A DNA stretch of 64,000 nucleotides from an uncultured Candidatus Saccharibacteria bacterium (GCA_964386905.1 CAYLUP010000002.1:64522-128521), one strand, 5' to 3'; shown: positions 27,148 to 35,542, counted from the first letter of the stretch. Notes: generated by a model not told the origin, from the sequence alone. Made by a program: numbers and translations.

Positions 27148-28153
27148 AGATTTCCATTTGCTTGTTACTTTGTTCCGTACTCATTACTGCATGATGGTTT
27201 TTAAATACAGTCACAAATGTAATTAGTGTTGCCGGCGGAATAACGACTACTGCAATAAATGAGCCAATAATTGGAATGACAGATGAGATGATTGCGCTGA
27301 TGAGACCGAATACAATCGAGAAGACGGTCAACTTCCATAATATACTTTTCCAGTAGTGTGCGGTAAGATGGATGCTTTGTTGTATTGCTTTAAACCCCCG
27401 TGTGCCATGGATAAGATATGCAAAAATTGAAAATGTGGAGAAAAGACTGAAACAAAGTGATGGGAGAATGAGTATCGCTATTGCGGCATAGATATGACCC
27501 GTGTGGGGGAGTGCCAAACCGATGCTTTCAGGAGTTATTGGTGATCCGACTTTTTGGAAGAAGTTACGCACTAGGATGAAGATATATGTAATTCCAGGAA
27601 GAATGAGGAGGGTTTTAATAAGTAGCTTTTCAGTCATGATGAGAATATACCCAGGAAGAAGCGACCACGCTTTTCGTGAGGATTCCTCGATAGAAATATT
27701 TCCATCACGTGTCACTGTTTGTAGGAGGATAATGTTCCCAAGAGAACCAAAAAGTATAGTAAAGAGGACGCCGGCAGACAGATGTGAAATCAGGAATGGG
27801 AGAAGAGGGAGTGTTAGAAAATCTTTTGGCTGAAGTTCTAGCTGAATAAACGCATAATGCAATGGGAGTGAAAAGAGTGCAATAATAAGAAGCGGGAGTG
27901 CAATTGCAACCGCACCGGCAGACAGAAAGGAGAGTGGTTTGTTTTTATATGTTGCAATCGTTTGGTTAAATATTTCCTTGATCCCCTGAATATGATGGGA
28001 AGTATGCTGATTCTTGTCATACACTTCTGCTATGCCGACTTCAATCATGTCAATAGCCCAGCCTTTCTCTGAGAGAAGACTGTACACACGCTCACGAGGG
28101 ATTCCATCATGATACTGTTCTCGAATAAAGGCATTGAGTGCTTCTTTTGACAT
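27146..28153 (-). CDS. Polytopic membrane protein with an N-terminal helical module
   Basis: About 6 TM; G..AIQQS..LT...WK pattern of GDPD-anchor-like membrane domains. Confidence 0.65.
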   Translation of the reverse strand: MSKEALNAFIREQYHDGIPRERVYSLLSEKGWAIDMIEVGIAEVYDKNQHTSHHIQGIKEIFNQTIATYKNKPLSFLSAGAVAIALPLLIIALFSLPLHYAFIQLELQPKDFLTLPLLPFLISHLSAGVLFTILFGSLGNIILLQTVTRDGNISIEESSRKAWSLLPGYILIMTEKLLIKTLLILPGITYIFILVRNFFQKVGSPITPESIGLALPHTGHIYAAIAILILPSLCFSLFSTFSIFAYLIHGTRGFKAIQQSIHLTAHYWKSILWKLTVFSIVFGLISAIISSVIPIIGSFIAVVVIPPATLITFVTVFKNHHAVMSTEQSNKQMEI

Positions 28154-28163
28154 AGTATTCTTA

Positions 28164-28847
28164 TTATTTTAAGTAATCGTAGTACTGAAGTGCAGTGTTC
28201 ACATCCCTGTAGTTTATAATCCCATCTCCGTTAATATCATGAGATTTTGCATATCCTCGACTAATCTGACGAATCACCCGCGTGATATCGTAAATGCTGA
28301 TCTTTCCATCGCCATCTATATCTGGTGTTGCGGTCCCGAGGGGTCTTGGGTATATGCGGACACCTGAAGTGTGTTCAAGAATATCTTTTGCAGTGCCGTT
28401 GGCAAGCAAAAGAGTGCCATTTGTAATGATGAGTGTAAGCGGAGTGGCTTGTTTTGCTTGGAACCATGCTCGAAGAATATGTGATTGTTGCACCCCTTGG
28501 TTGAGTTGTGGTTTGATGATTCCGCCGCTCCAGGTGAGCACGCCATTGCTGTTGCTTATTTCTGGATTACCGCCCCAAAGATTGATTGCGCTGGCGTCAG
28601 TATCTATTCGCAATCCTTCCAGCTGGGGGGTCGGAAAACTTAAGACTCCGTCGGTTGCATTAATGGGGTATTGTGATTTCAGGTAGATATCAACAAAAAA
28701 AATCTCTCCAATTGACGGTGTTCTTGTGGACGGTTTGAGAAAAATCCCATTTTGTGGGATAGGGGTTTGAGGGGAAAGCATGAGAAACATGAGCGGAACA
28801 GATACGAGCGCTTTTCTGTGATGTTTTGTGATGATCTTTCTAATCAT
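28164..28847 (-). CDS. Cohesin + dockerin protein
   Basis: IGEIFFVDIYL...PINATDGVLSFP (cohesin); DIDGDGKISIYD and DINGDGIINYRD (dockerin). Confidence 0.8.
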   Translation of the reverse strand: MIRKIITKHHRKALVSVPLMFLMLSPQTPIPQNGIFLKPSTRTPSIGEIFFVDIYLKSQYPINATDGVLSFPTPQLEGLRIDTDASAINLWGGNPEISNSNGVLTWSGGIIKPQLNQGVQQSHILRAWFQAKQATPLTLIITNGTLLLANGTAKDILEHTSGVRIYPRPLGTATPDIDGDGKISIYDITRVIRQISRGYAKSHDINGDGIINYRDVNTALQYYDYLK

Positions 28848-28853
28848 GAGATG

Positions 28854-29237
28854 TTATGACAAGTGCGTTTTGACTCGCGCAACAATATCTTCGAGCCCCC
28901 ATTCACTTTTTATCAGGAACTCTGTTTTCTGATAGCCAGAGATGGTTGCAACTGTAGTCGCGTCGACGGAGTTTGTAATCACCATGACAAAGACCGTTGC
29001 TCCCCATGCGTCCTCATTGCGAAGCTTGTGGAGCATTGAAATACCATCCATATTAGGCATAAAAATATCGAGCAAAATAATCGAAGGGTGGTGGAGGAGC
29101 GCTGTGCTTAATCCCTCTGCTCCGTCTTTAGCCGTTAAGACTCCAAAACCCTCCTCGCGAAGTCTATCTGAGAGTACTTGCCGAAGAGCGTGATCATCCT
29201 CGATGATGAGTACTTTTTTTGGAATAGCATTTGTCAT
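28854..29237 (-). CDS. Stand-alone response regulator receiver
   Basis: VLIIEDD, ILLDIFMPNMDG, VITN, FLIK. Confidence 0.92.
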   Translation of the reverse strand: MTNAIPKKVLIIEDDHALRQVLSDRLREEGFGVLTAKDGAEGLSTALLHHPSIILLDIFMPNMDGISMLHKLRNEDAWGATVFVMVITNSVDATTVATISGYQKTEFLIKSEWGLEDIVARVKTHLS

Positions 29238-29241
29238 GATG

Positions 29242-29616
29242 TTAGTGGGATACTTGAGAAAGTTGATTGTATAATTCCTCTGGTGAAAGTTCTTCCTTGC
29301 TATATATTTCGAGAATAGACAGATGTTTTATTTCTTGAAGAAGACTTTCTTTTGCTGCATGTGTATAGAGATAGCAGGGGACGTGTGCTCCGTAGCTTCC
29401 CAGGAGGCGAACTCTTTTAATAAACGCTATGCCGTCCATCGGGTACATGATGACATCGCTGAGAATCATCGCTGGCTTTTCGTTTTCTGCAATCGTTATT
29501 GCGTGTTCTCCTTGCTCTGCATCAAAAACCTCATACCCATGTGATTCGAATACCTTTTTCAGTTGTTCTCTGTATGTATTATCGTCTTCAAGAATAAGGA
29601 TATTTTTCCCTTTCAT
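29242..29616 (-). CDS. Stand-alone response regulator receiver
   Basis: ILILEDD, ILSDVIMYPMDG, YT, YSK; TGaTATACT 7 nt upstream of ATG. Confidence 0.88.
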   Translation of the reverse strand: MKGKNILILEDDNTYREQLKKVFESHGYEVFDAEQGEHAITIAENEKPAMILSDVIMYPMDGIAFIKRVRLLGSYGAHVPCYLYTHAAKESLLQEIKHLSILEIYSKEELSPEELYNQLSQVSH

Positions 29617-29699
29617 AGTATTTAGTATATCATGATTTTTTGGCACAATGTGTGGATGTTTTCTCGCGATGGTTTTCTATCTGTGATATAGTATTTCGT

Positions 29700-30128
29700 A
29701 TGAAAGAACAGAAATTTGTCATTGGAATTGTCGTCGCGCTTCTTGCGGCAGCAGGTATTTTCTTTTTTATGTCACGAGAAAGGAACCCTGCGGATATTAT
29801 CGCGAGTGGGGAACGCACTCTTTTCGGACAACACCTTAAAGAACAGGGTGTCGTGTTTTATGGAGCATTTTGGTGCTCCCACTGTCAAGAACAAAAGAAA
29901 CTTATGGGTAAAGAAGTTTGGGAGCCAATTTATGTCGAGTGTTCGACTCCTGATGGCCGAGGCCAGCTGGATGTCTGTAAAGAGGCAGGAGTGGATTCAT
30001 ACCCCACAACCGTCTTTAAAGATGGCACAAGAAAGGTAGGAGTTATCGATATTGCCGAACTCGAACAACGCACTGGATATGTGAAGGCAACGACTACGGA
30101 GCCTCTCTTGGGCCAGATTCAAGAATAA
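29700..30128 (+). CDS. Membrane-anchored thioredoxin-like protein (VKOR-associated Trx type)
   Basis: [20 protein letters not shown]...GV.SYPT. Confidence 0.85.
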   Translation: MKEQKFVIGIVVALLAAAGIFFFMSRERNPADIIASGERTLFGQHLKEQGVVFYGAFWCSHCQEQKKLMGKEVWEPIYVECSTPDGRGQLDVCKEAGVDSYPTTVFKDGTRKVGVIDIAELEQRTGYVKATTTEPLLGQIQE

Positions 30129-30210
30129 CAGCACGGGCTGTTTTTCTTTTCAGATTTTGGTATACTACGGGAACTTATTCGTTGTCCACGTGGACGTAAG
30201 ACATCGTATT

Positions 30211-30840
30211 ATGGGGAATACACAAACCTACTGGATTATTGGTATCGGAGTACTCGTCGTTGCTTTTGCAGTCGGCCTATTCCTGTACGGAGAGCGTCCA
30301 GGAGCACCAAAAATACAACAAAACAATACACAGAATATGGAAACACAACAAGAATTCGCTACACAAAGAGCAGTGTTAAAAACAACGAAAGGCGACATTA
30401 CGCTCGAGTTGTATGGAAAAAGCGCACCAAAGACTGTAGAAAATTTTCTTACTCTTGCACAAAAAGGGTTTTATGACGGAACGCGTTTTCATCGTGTGAT
30501 TCGCGGTTTCATGATTCAGGGAGGTGATCCATTGTCAAAAGATGACACTGCAGGTGCACGGTGGGGAACAGGTGGCCCAGGATATCAATTTGAGGATGAG
30601 ATTAATTCTATTGCACTTGTTCGTGGCGTGCTTGCGATGGCAAATGCAGGGCCAAATACGAATGGAAGTCAGTTCTTCATCGTTACGGCAGAAAGTACGC
30701 CATGGCTTGATGGAAAGCACACTGCATTTGGTCGCGTCATAGCAGGCATGGAAGTGGTTGAGAGTATTGAATCCATTCAGACGCTTCCAGGAGATCGACC
30801 AAAAGAACCAATCACTATTCTCTCGATAGAGATGAAATAA
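30211..30840 (+). CDS. Cyclophilin-type peptidyl-prolyl isomerase with N-terminal TM
   Basis: [49 protein letters not shown]. Confidence 0.95.
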   Translation: MGNTQTYWIIGIGVLVVAFAVGLFLYGERPGAPKIQQNNTQNMETQQEFATQRAVLKTTKGDITLELYGKSAPKTVENFLTLAQKGFYDGTRFHRVIRGFMIQGGDPLSKDDTAGARWGTGGPGYQFEDEINSIALVRGVLAMANAGPNTNGSQFFIVTAESTPWLDGKHTAFGRVIAGMEVVESIESIQTLPGDRPKEPITILSIEMK

Positions 30841-30861
30841 AAGACGCCTCGGCGTCTTTTT
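30838..30861 (+). terminator. Rho-independent terminator
   Basis: aaaagacgcc-tc-ggcgtctttt. Confidence 0.7.
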
Positions 30862-30879
30862 GTGCTATACTATACGTGT

Positions 30880-31110
30880 ATGAGAAAACTTTATCGTCAT
30901 ACACATGGAGAAAAACACATTCTTGGTGGTGTTTTTAGTGGGCTTGGCGAGTGGATGGAAGTGAGCCCAGGAATTCTTCGTGTGGGGTTTGCCGTATTTC
31001 TCTTTTTCGGAGGCATTATTCCGGCAGTCCTCCTCTATTTTGCTGCAATGTTTTTAATAAAAAAACACCCTCATGGTGATTCGCAGCCGGTAGATCACTT
31101 GGCACATTAA
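30880..31110 (+). CDS. PspC-domain protein
   Basis: KLYR....ILGGVFSGLGEW.......RV; single TM. Confidence 0.85.
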   Translation: MRKLYRHTHGEKHILGGVFSGLGEWMEVSPGILRVGFAVFLFFGGIIPAVLLYFAAMFLIKKHPHGDSQPVDHLAH

Positions 31111-31140
31111 AACACTGATGCTGCGCCTTTCGGCGCAGCA

Positions 31141-31530
31141 TTATTTTTTGAAAATAGTATGCGACAAGATTTTGTTGTCGCTGCTCCAGCAGCTTCGCTG
31201 AACAACAGCTCCATCCTTGTCGTAGGTCAGAACCACTCTTTCGCTGAAGCGGATGGTCTGACCGCCTTGCCAGGCGATCTTGATCCCATCTTTTCCGATA
31301 TACGTACCATCCTTCAATTCTTTCTCAAATTGAAGTTGGAAGTATACCTTGCGATCCCCGTTATCGAGATGCTCAGTATTCGTAACAGTGTGCCCGGTGA
31401 ATGTGCTTTTGTTGAGCACTTCGGACACCTTCACGAACTCCTGAACTTCTTTCGGGAGGGGGTTCCGCAATGTGATTGCGAAGAGGACGGCCGACGAAAG
31501 AACAAACAGTACAGTGAAAATTCGCTTCAT
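31141..31530 (-). CDS. Hypothetical exported protein
   Basis: Signal peptide, SD AAGGAG, TTGACA-16-TATAAT promoter (31554-31581), hairpin 31119-31141. Confidence 0.65.
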   Translation of the reverse strand: MKRIFTVLFVLSSAVLFAITLRNPLPKEVQEFVKVSEVLNKSTFTGHTVTNTEHLDNGDRKVYFQLQFEKELKDGTYIGKDGIKIAWQGGQTIRFSERVVLTYDKDGAVVQRSCWSSDNKILSHTIFKK

Positions 31531-31605
31531 GAGCGCTCCTTTGATGTATGTATATTATAACATAAAATAATATTTTGTCAATTAAACAAAAAGCCCGGAA
31601 AGGGG

Positions 31606-32190
31606 CTAGTGAGAAAGTTTTTGACCGATAAATTGGAGTACTGCTCCAATGCTTGCATTCATCAGTCTGTCGCTCATGTTCACAACAAGGTCAAAATATG
31701 AGGATGTACTGTGAGAGAGTTCTTCGGTGATTTCTTCCATGCTCGCGTTTGCGTCTTTTTGTGTGAGAGAGCGCTCATTGATTCGCTTTCGTATGCCTGG
31801 CATATCTGCAAGAACAAAGATGCCGTACACCTTATTTGTGTGAGATAGCGCCTCGGAGATTTCAATCGCGCCGCATGGGTTGACGATCATACATACTGGG
31901 CCTTGCTGACGAAGGTGTTCGACATTGATGCTCGATACACCGTAGGAGTATCCATGGACGGGACTTGTTTCAATAAAGGCCCCCGCTTTTTCTTGACGTG
32001 TGAATTCTTCTGGCGTCATGAAGAAATGGTCAACACCTTCCTGTTCTCCAGGGAGAGCCGGTCTATCTGTCGTCGTAACGATGTGCTGCACTGAAGGGTA
32101 TGTGCGAAGAACATGCTGAAGAAGCATACGTTTCCCTGCGCACGTGAGTCCACTGATGAGAAACAGCGGATGGTGCTTTCGTCGTGTCAT
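31606..32190 (-). CDS. gmk: Guanylate kinase-like protein (divergent)
   Basis: ISGLTCAGK, TTTDRP..PGEQEGVDHFF, HGYSYG. Confidence 0.7.
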   Translation of the reverse strand: MTRRKHHPLFLISGLTCAGKRMLLQHVLRTYPSVQHIVTTTDRPALPGEQEGVDHFFMTPEEFTRQEKAGAFIETSPVHGYSYGVSSINVEHLRQQGPVCMIVNPCGAIEISEALSHTNKVYGIFVLADMPGIRKRINERSLTQKDANASMEEITEELSHSTSSYFDLVVNMSDRLMNASIGAVLQFIGQKLSH

Positions 32191-32246
32191 GATGGCTCCA
32201 AAGAAAAGTCCTGTGTGATACTACCGTATTCAAACTCTATGTCAAC

Positions 32247-32272
32247 AAAAAACCGCCCAAGAAGCGGTTTTT
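32247..32272 (-). terminator. Terminator of the micro-ORF
   Basis: aaaaaccgc-ccaagaa-gcggttttt. Confidence 0.7.
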
Positions 32273-32278
32273 TGATTA

Positions 32279-32359
32279 TTAGCGCATCCGTGTTGTACAT
32301 GATTTGCCTGCGCGATTTGCCTTCTTTCGCTGTGCGTGCTTTGTTTTCTTATTTGCCAT
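32279..32359 (-). CDS. Unannotated 26-aa basic peptide MANKKTKHAQRKKANRAGKSCTTRMR
   Basis: Own extended -10 (TGtTAGACT) and own terminator; fills the intergenic gap. Confidence 0.55.
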   Translation of the reverse strand: MANKKTKHAQRKKANRAGKSCTTRMR

Positions 32360-32380
32360 GTTGATTAGTAGTCTAACAAA

Positions 32381-33682
32381 TTATCCTCTTTTTTTCAAGA
32401 CAAGCAGGGATTCGAGGTGTGGTGTATTGGGATAGAAATCAAAACCATGGATATGAGAAATATCGTACTTTTCTGAGAGCATCGCGTAGTCGCGCGCTTG
32501 TGTTTCTGGGTTACAAGAAAGATAAAGAAGGATTGGTGGTTGCGTTTCGAGAATTGCGGAAATCAATTTTGGGTGTAATCCTGCACGTGGAGGATCGAGA
32601 ACGAGACAGTCTGTTTGAGCAAGTCGCACTTTCGGGATATGTTCTGACGGAATTGCTTCTGCTGTGTAGTTCCGGATTGCGTTCTGTTGCGCATTTTTAT
32701 TCGCCATTGCGACGGAGTGTGGATGAATTTCTACCCCGTGAACTGATTTTGCGGAAGATGCAAGAAGGAGCCCTATTGTACCAACGCCGGAATAGAGTTC
32801 AAGGATATTCGCAGATGGTGGTACGTGCTCTCTCATAATGGCCACTGCATTAAGAAACAGGGGGATGTTGTTTTGGAAAAAACTATCCCAGGCATACGAA
32901 AGAGTGACCCCCTGGAGTGTTTCGGTCAGTTCTGCAGCACCTTCTGAAACAAGAAGCTCAGTCGGTACTGCTGCTGGGGATTTGTGAGTAGAATAATAGA
33001 TGTGCAGCCCTATGAGGTGGGGAATATTCTTCCATGAGATATGCGGTATCTTCCGTTCTTTCAAGTAGAGAATCGCGATACAATCTCCAGTGGTCTTGCT
33101 TTCCCGAATGGTGAGCGCTTTCGTATCGCGATAGGTGAATCCTTGTGATGCAAGTGAGGACGCAATCGCTATACCAACGGAATTCGTGTGATTGCTGGCA
33201 AGGATACACCCAGTATGATCGAGTTGAACACTGTGTTTTCCATTATTTCGCTCCCGAAAAGACAGAGAGAGGGGGATAGTATTTCCTGCCTGATCTTTGT
33301 CTGTAAAAGAGAATTCTATTTTTGTGCGATACCTCGAGATGTCGTCTGCAGGCGTGAACGATATAGGGGTAGGATGTGCGTATCTTCCATAGAGGTCGCT
33401 GAGGAGTTGTCGTTTGTGCGTGCATTGTGTGGGATAGTGCATCACTTGCCACGGGCTACAAGAAAGATAGTGTGCTTCATTTGGTTCTTTCCTTTCGCTT
33501 GACCGGACGATGAATTCTTCTACACTCCCAAAGAAAACTCTGTGTTTCTTCTCAACAGAAACAAGCGCCGTTTCTCCTGGAAGCATGCCGTGAATGTATA
33601 CTTTTTTACCCTCATGCTCGGCAAAAGCGGCACCATTGTGCGCTATGCCTGTTGCTGTGATTGTCAGTATGCGTTTAGTCAT
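32381..33682 (-). CDS. TRAM-domain 23S rRNA/tRNA (uracil-5)-methyltransferase, RlmD/TrmA family
   Basis: G.LPGE, YRTKIEFSF, SFFQNN, LELYSGVGTIG, VLDPPRAGL, YLSCNP, DFYPNTPHLE. Confidence 0.92.
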   Translation of the reverse strand: MTKRILTITATGIAHNGAAFAEHEGKKVYIHGMLPGETALVSVEKKHRVFFGSVEEFIVRSSERKEPNEAHYLSCSPWQVMHYPTQCTHKRQLLSDLYGRYAHPTPISFTPADDISRYRTKIEFSFTDKDQAGNTIPLSLSFRERNNGKHSVQLDHTGCILASNHTNSVGIAIASSLASQGFTYRDTKALTIRESKTTGDCIAILYLKERKIPHISWKNIPHLIGLHIYYSTHKSPAAVPTELLVSEGAAELTETLQGVTLSYAWDSFFQNNIPLFLNAVAIMREHVPPSANILELYSGVGTIGLLLASSAKSVHGVEIHPHSVAMANKNAQQNAIRNYTAEAIPSEHIPKVRLAQTDCLVLDPPRAGLHPKLISAILETQPPILLYLSCNPETQARDYAMLSEKYDISHIHGFDFYPNTPHLESLLVLKKRG

Positions 33683-34433
33683 GGTGTTTCGGGTATGCCT
33701 CGAACCAGCGAGTAATACCATATTGATCGTCGTGATAGGTGATGTCCCAGTGCGCCGCGTCTTCAAGCTGGCGTATCGCTTCATGTTGCCCCTGTGCAAA
33801 CTCGCAAAATAGGACGCCATCTTCTGTGAGGTGTTGTGCTGATTCTTGGAGGAGCCTTTTGATTTCACCGAGCCCTTCCTCATTTGCATAAAGTGCACGG
33901 TGTGGCTCCCAGGTGTAGACACTCTCGTCGACCGTTGATTGATCTGCGATGTATGGAGGGTTTGCAAAGATGGTATGGTATGGGCCAGTCATGAGTGTTG
34001 TCGCGTCCCCGTGAATGACTTTTGCTCGTTCTGCATGATAGACATTATTTTTAATGTTCTTTGCAGTCGAGGCACATTCATCAAAACCGATGTCAATGAA
34101 GGTGCACTGTGCTTTTGGGAAGCGCATCAGTGCAGAAATCCCGATACATCCGCTTCCAGCAAAGAGGTCTGCGAATCGAAATGGGAAGATGTGGGGAAAT
34201 CGTGCTTCAATAATACGAAATGCTTCACTTGCCCAGTATTCCGTCTCTGGGCGTGGGATAAGGGGGCGATCGTCGAGATTGATACGTGCACGCAAAAAAG
34301 GAATCCATCCGATGACATAGGCAATGGGCTCACCTCGCTCGAGGCGCTCAAGGTCTTTGTAGTATTGGGGAGGAGTTTCTCCTTGGTATTTCTCCATTTT
34401 GAGCCAATGTGCATCACGTGCGCGTACAGACAT
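33675..34433 (-). CDS. prmC: Release factor glutamine methyltransferase HemK
   Basis: GEPIAYVIG, LIPRPETE, DLFAGSGCIG, ANPPYI. Confidence 0.95.
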   Translation of the reverse strand: MSVRARDAHWLKMEKYQGETPPQYYKDLERLERGEPIAYVIGWIPFLRARINLDDRPLIPRPETEYWASEAFRIIEARFPHIFPFRFADLFAGSGCIGISALMRFPKAQCTFIDIGFDECASTAKNIKNNVYHAERAKVIHGDATTLMTGPYHTIFANPPYIADQSTVDESVYTWEPHRALYANEEGLGEIKRLLQESAQHLTEDGVLFCEFAQGQHEAIRQLEDAAHWDITYHDDQYGITRWFEAYPKHHD

Positions 34434-34487
34434 GGGGACAGTATATGAAATATCCGAGGGAAAATCAAACAAAAAGTAGCCCGAAGG

Positions 34488-34997
34488 CTACTTGGGTGGG
34501 ATGAGATGTTCAGGGAATGTTTTGGCGAAATCGCTCATAGATTCCATCATCTTTGCGATACTGTCATCAACTCCATTTAGGCGCGAATTCTTATAGAAAA
34601 GCGACGTTGGGGTAAAAGGCCCCAAAGTTTTCAGTTGGCGAAACTCATATGGGAGTCTAAGTGCTTTTGCATGCTTTATGAGTGTGCGCACGTCCTTGGC
34701 TTTTGCATCTCCAGAAATGATAAAGAGGGGTTGTGCGTTGTCCCAGTGGTTGGGGCAGTGCTGAGGGTGCGACATCGTAAGATGGAGCTGGGTCGCGAGC
34801 ATGTGAGCAATATTCCACGAGACACCGGTGAAAGCAAAGAGGGTGTGTTTGTCTCCTTGGAGTTCAACGCGCTTTTCTTCAGGTCTATAGCGCATCTCGA
34901 CGTGTGTGAAAAGAGAGAAAATATCTCTGAGACCAACTAGATGGAGTTCAAGTTGGACGGAAAGTACAAAATTGTCTCGCGTTGAAAACTGCGGCAT
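34488..34997 (-). CDS. Hypothetical protein
   Basis: SD GAAGGAG before ATG 34997, TTTACA-16-TAGATT promoter, hairpin at 34476-34491. Confidence 0.6.
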   Translation of the reverse strand: MPQFSTRDNFVLSVQLELHLVGLRDIFSLFTHVEMRYRPEEKRVELQGDKHTLFAFTGVSWNIAHMLATQLHLTMSHPQHCPNHWDNAQPLFIISGDAKAKDVRTLIKHAKALRLPYEFRQLKTLGPFTPTSLFYKNSRLNGVDDSIAKMMESMSDFAKTFPEHLIPPK

Positions 34998-35049
34998 ATG
35001 TTCTCCTTCGTCTGATGGTAATCTATCAGGTAAAATATTCCTGTAAAGG

Positions 35050-35078
35050 AAAAGCGGCCGTCTCCTGAGGCCGCTTTT
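35050..35078. terminator. Symmetric (bidirectional) terminator
   Basis: aaaagcggcc-gtctcctga-ggccgctttt. Confidence 0.8.
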
Positions 35079-35083
35079 GCGAG

Positions 35084-35164
35084 CTAGTGCTTCCGATACA
35101 ACGCCTGAGCGCAGATGGAAGCGATGAGCATGGAAAGGAAGTAGAGCCATTCTCCGACTCGCAT
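35084..35164 (-). CDS. Unannotated 26-aa hydrophobic peptide MRVGEWLYFLSMLIASICAQALYRKH
   Basis: AGGAGG SD 6 nt upstream, TTGACA-16-TGgTATAAT promoter (35185-35212), terminator immediately downstream. Confidence 0.6.
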   Translation of the reverse strand: MRVGEWLYFLSMLIASICAQALYRKH

Positions 35165-35268
35165 CCTTGACCTCCTACATATGCATTATACCATAAATAG
35201 TCCATTTGTCAATATAATCTGTTTGGCTATATTGAGCCATTTTTAGTTTACTGGTATACTGCGAACAA

Positions 35269-35340
35269 CTCCTCGTAGTTCAATGGATACGACGCCTCCC
35301 TCCGAAGGAGGAGATGCAGGTTCGATTCCTGCCGAGGGGA
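35269..35340 (+). tRNA. tRNA-Arg(CCG)
   Basis: Acceptor ctcctcg/cgagggg, anticodon arm cctcc-ctCCGaa-ggagg, T-arm gcagg-ttcgatt-cctgc; CCA not encoded; TGgTATACT promoter upstream. Confidence 0.95.
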
Positions 35341-35372
35341 GAGAAGGAAAAACGCGTTAGCGTTTTTTTCTT

Positions 35373-35509
35373 TCTCCCCTCGGTAGAATCGAACGGAAGG
35401 GGGTCGGGGAAACAGTCGTTTCCCCGTAGAGGAAGGCAGCGAGTGAGTCTTCGAATGAGCGTCGGAAAACCATGGGTTTCCGAGGAGTTCGACTCCTGCC
35501 GAGGGGAGA
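35373..35509. repeat. tRNA 3'-end inverted (35373-35394) and direct (35487-35509) copies enclosing two hairpins
   Basis: tctcccctcggtagaatcgaac; gttcgactcctgccgaggggaga; hairpins cggggaaac/gtttccccg and tcggaaa/tttccga. Confidence 0.8.
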
Positions 35510-35513
35510 AAAT

Positions 35514-35537
35514 GAAAAAGCGCTCATGCGCTTTTTC
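35514..35537. terminator. Bidirectional terminator
   Basis: gaaaaagcgc-tcat-gcgctttttc. Confidence 0.75.
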
Positions 35538-35542
35538 TATTC

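Noticed and set aside
34998-35150. N-terminal extension of ORF 34488-35150
   Set aside because: It crosses a terminator and a promoter; an SD supports ATG 34997, and the region is better explained by the 26-aa gene
35341-35509. Second tRNA, tRNA intron or integrated prophage attR
   Set aside because: Only the T-arm/acceptor 3' part is repeated, the tRNA is already complete, and no integrase or cargo lies between the copies
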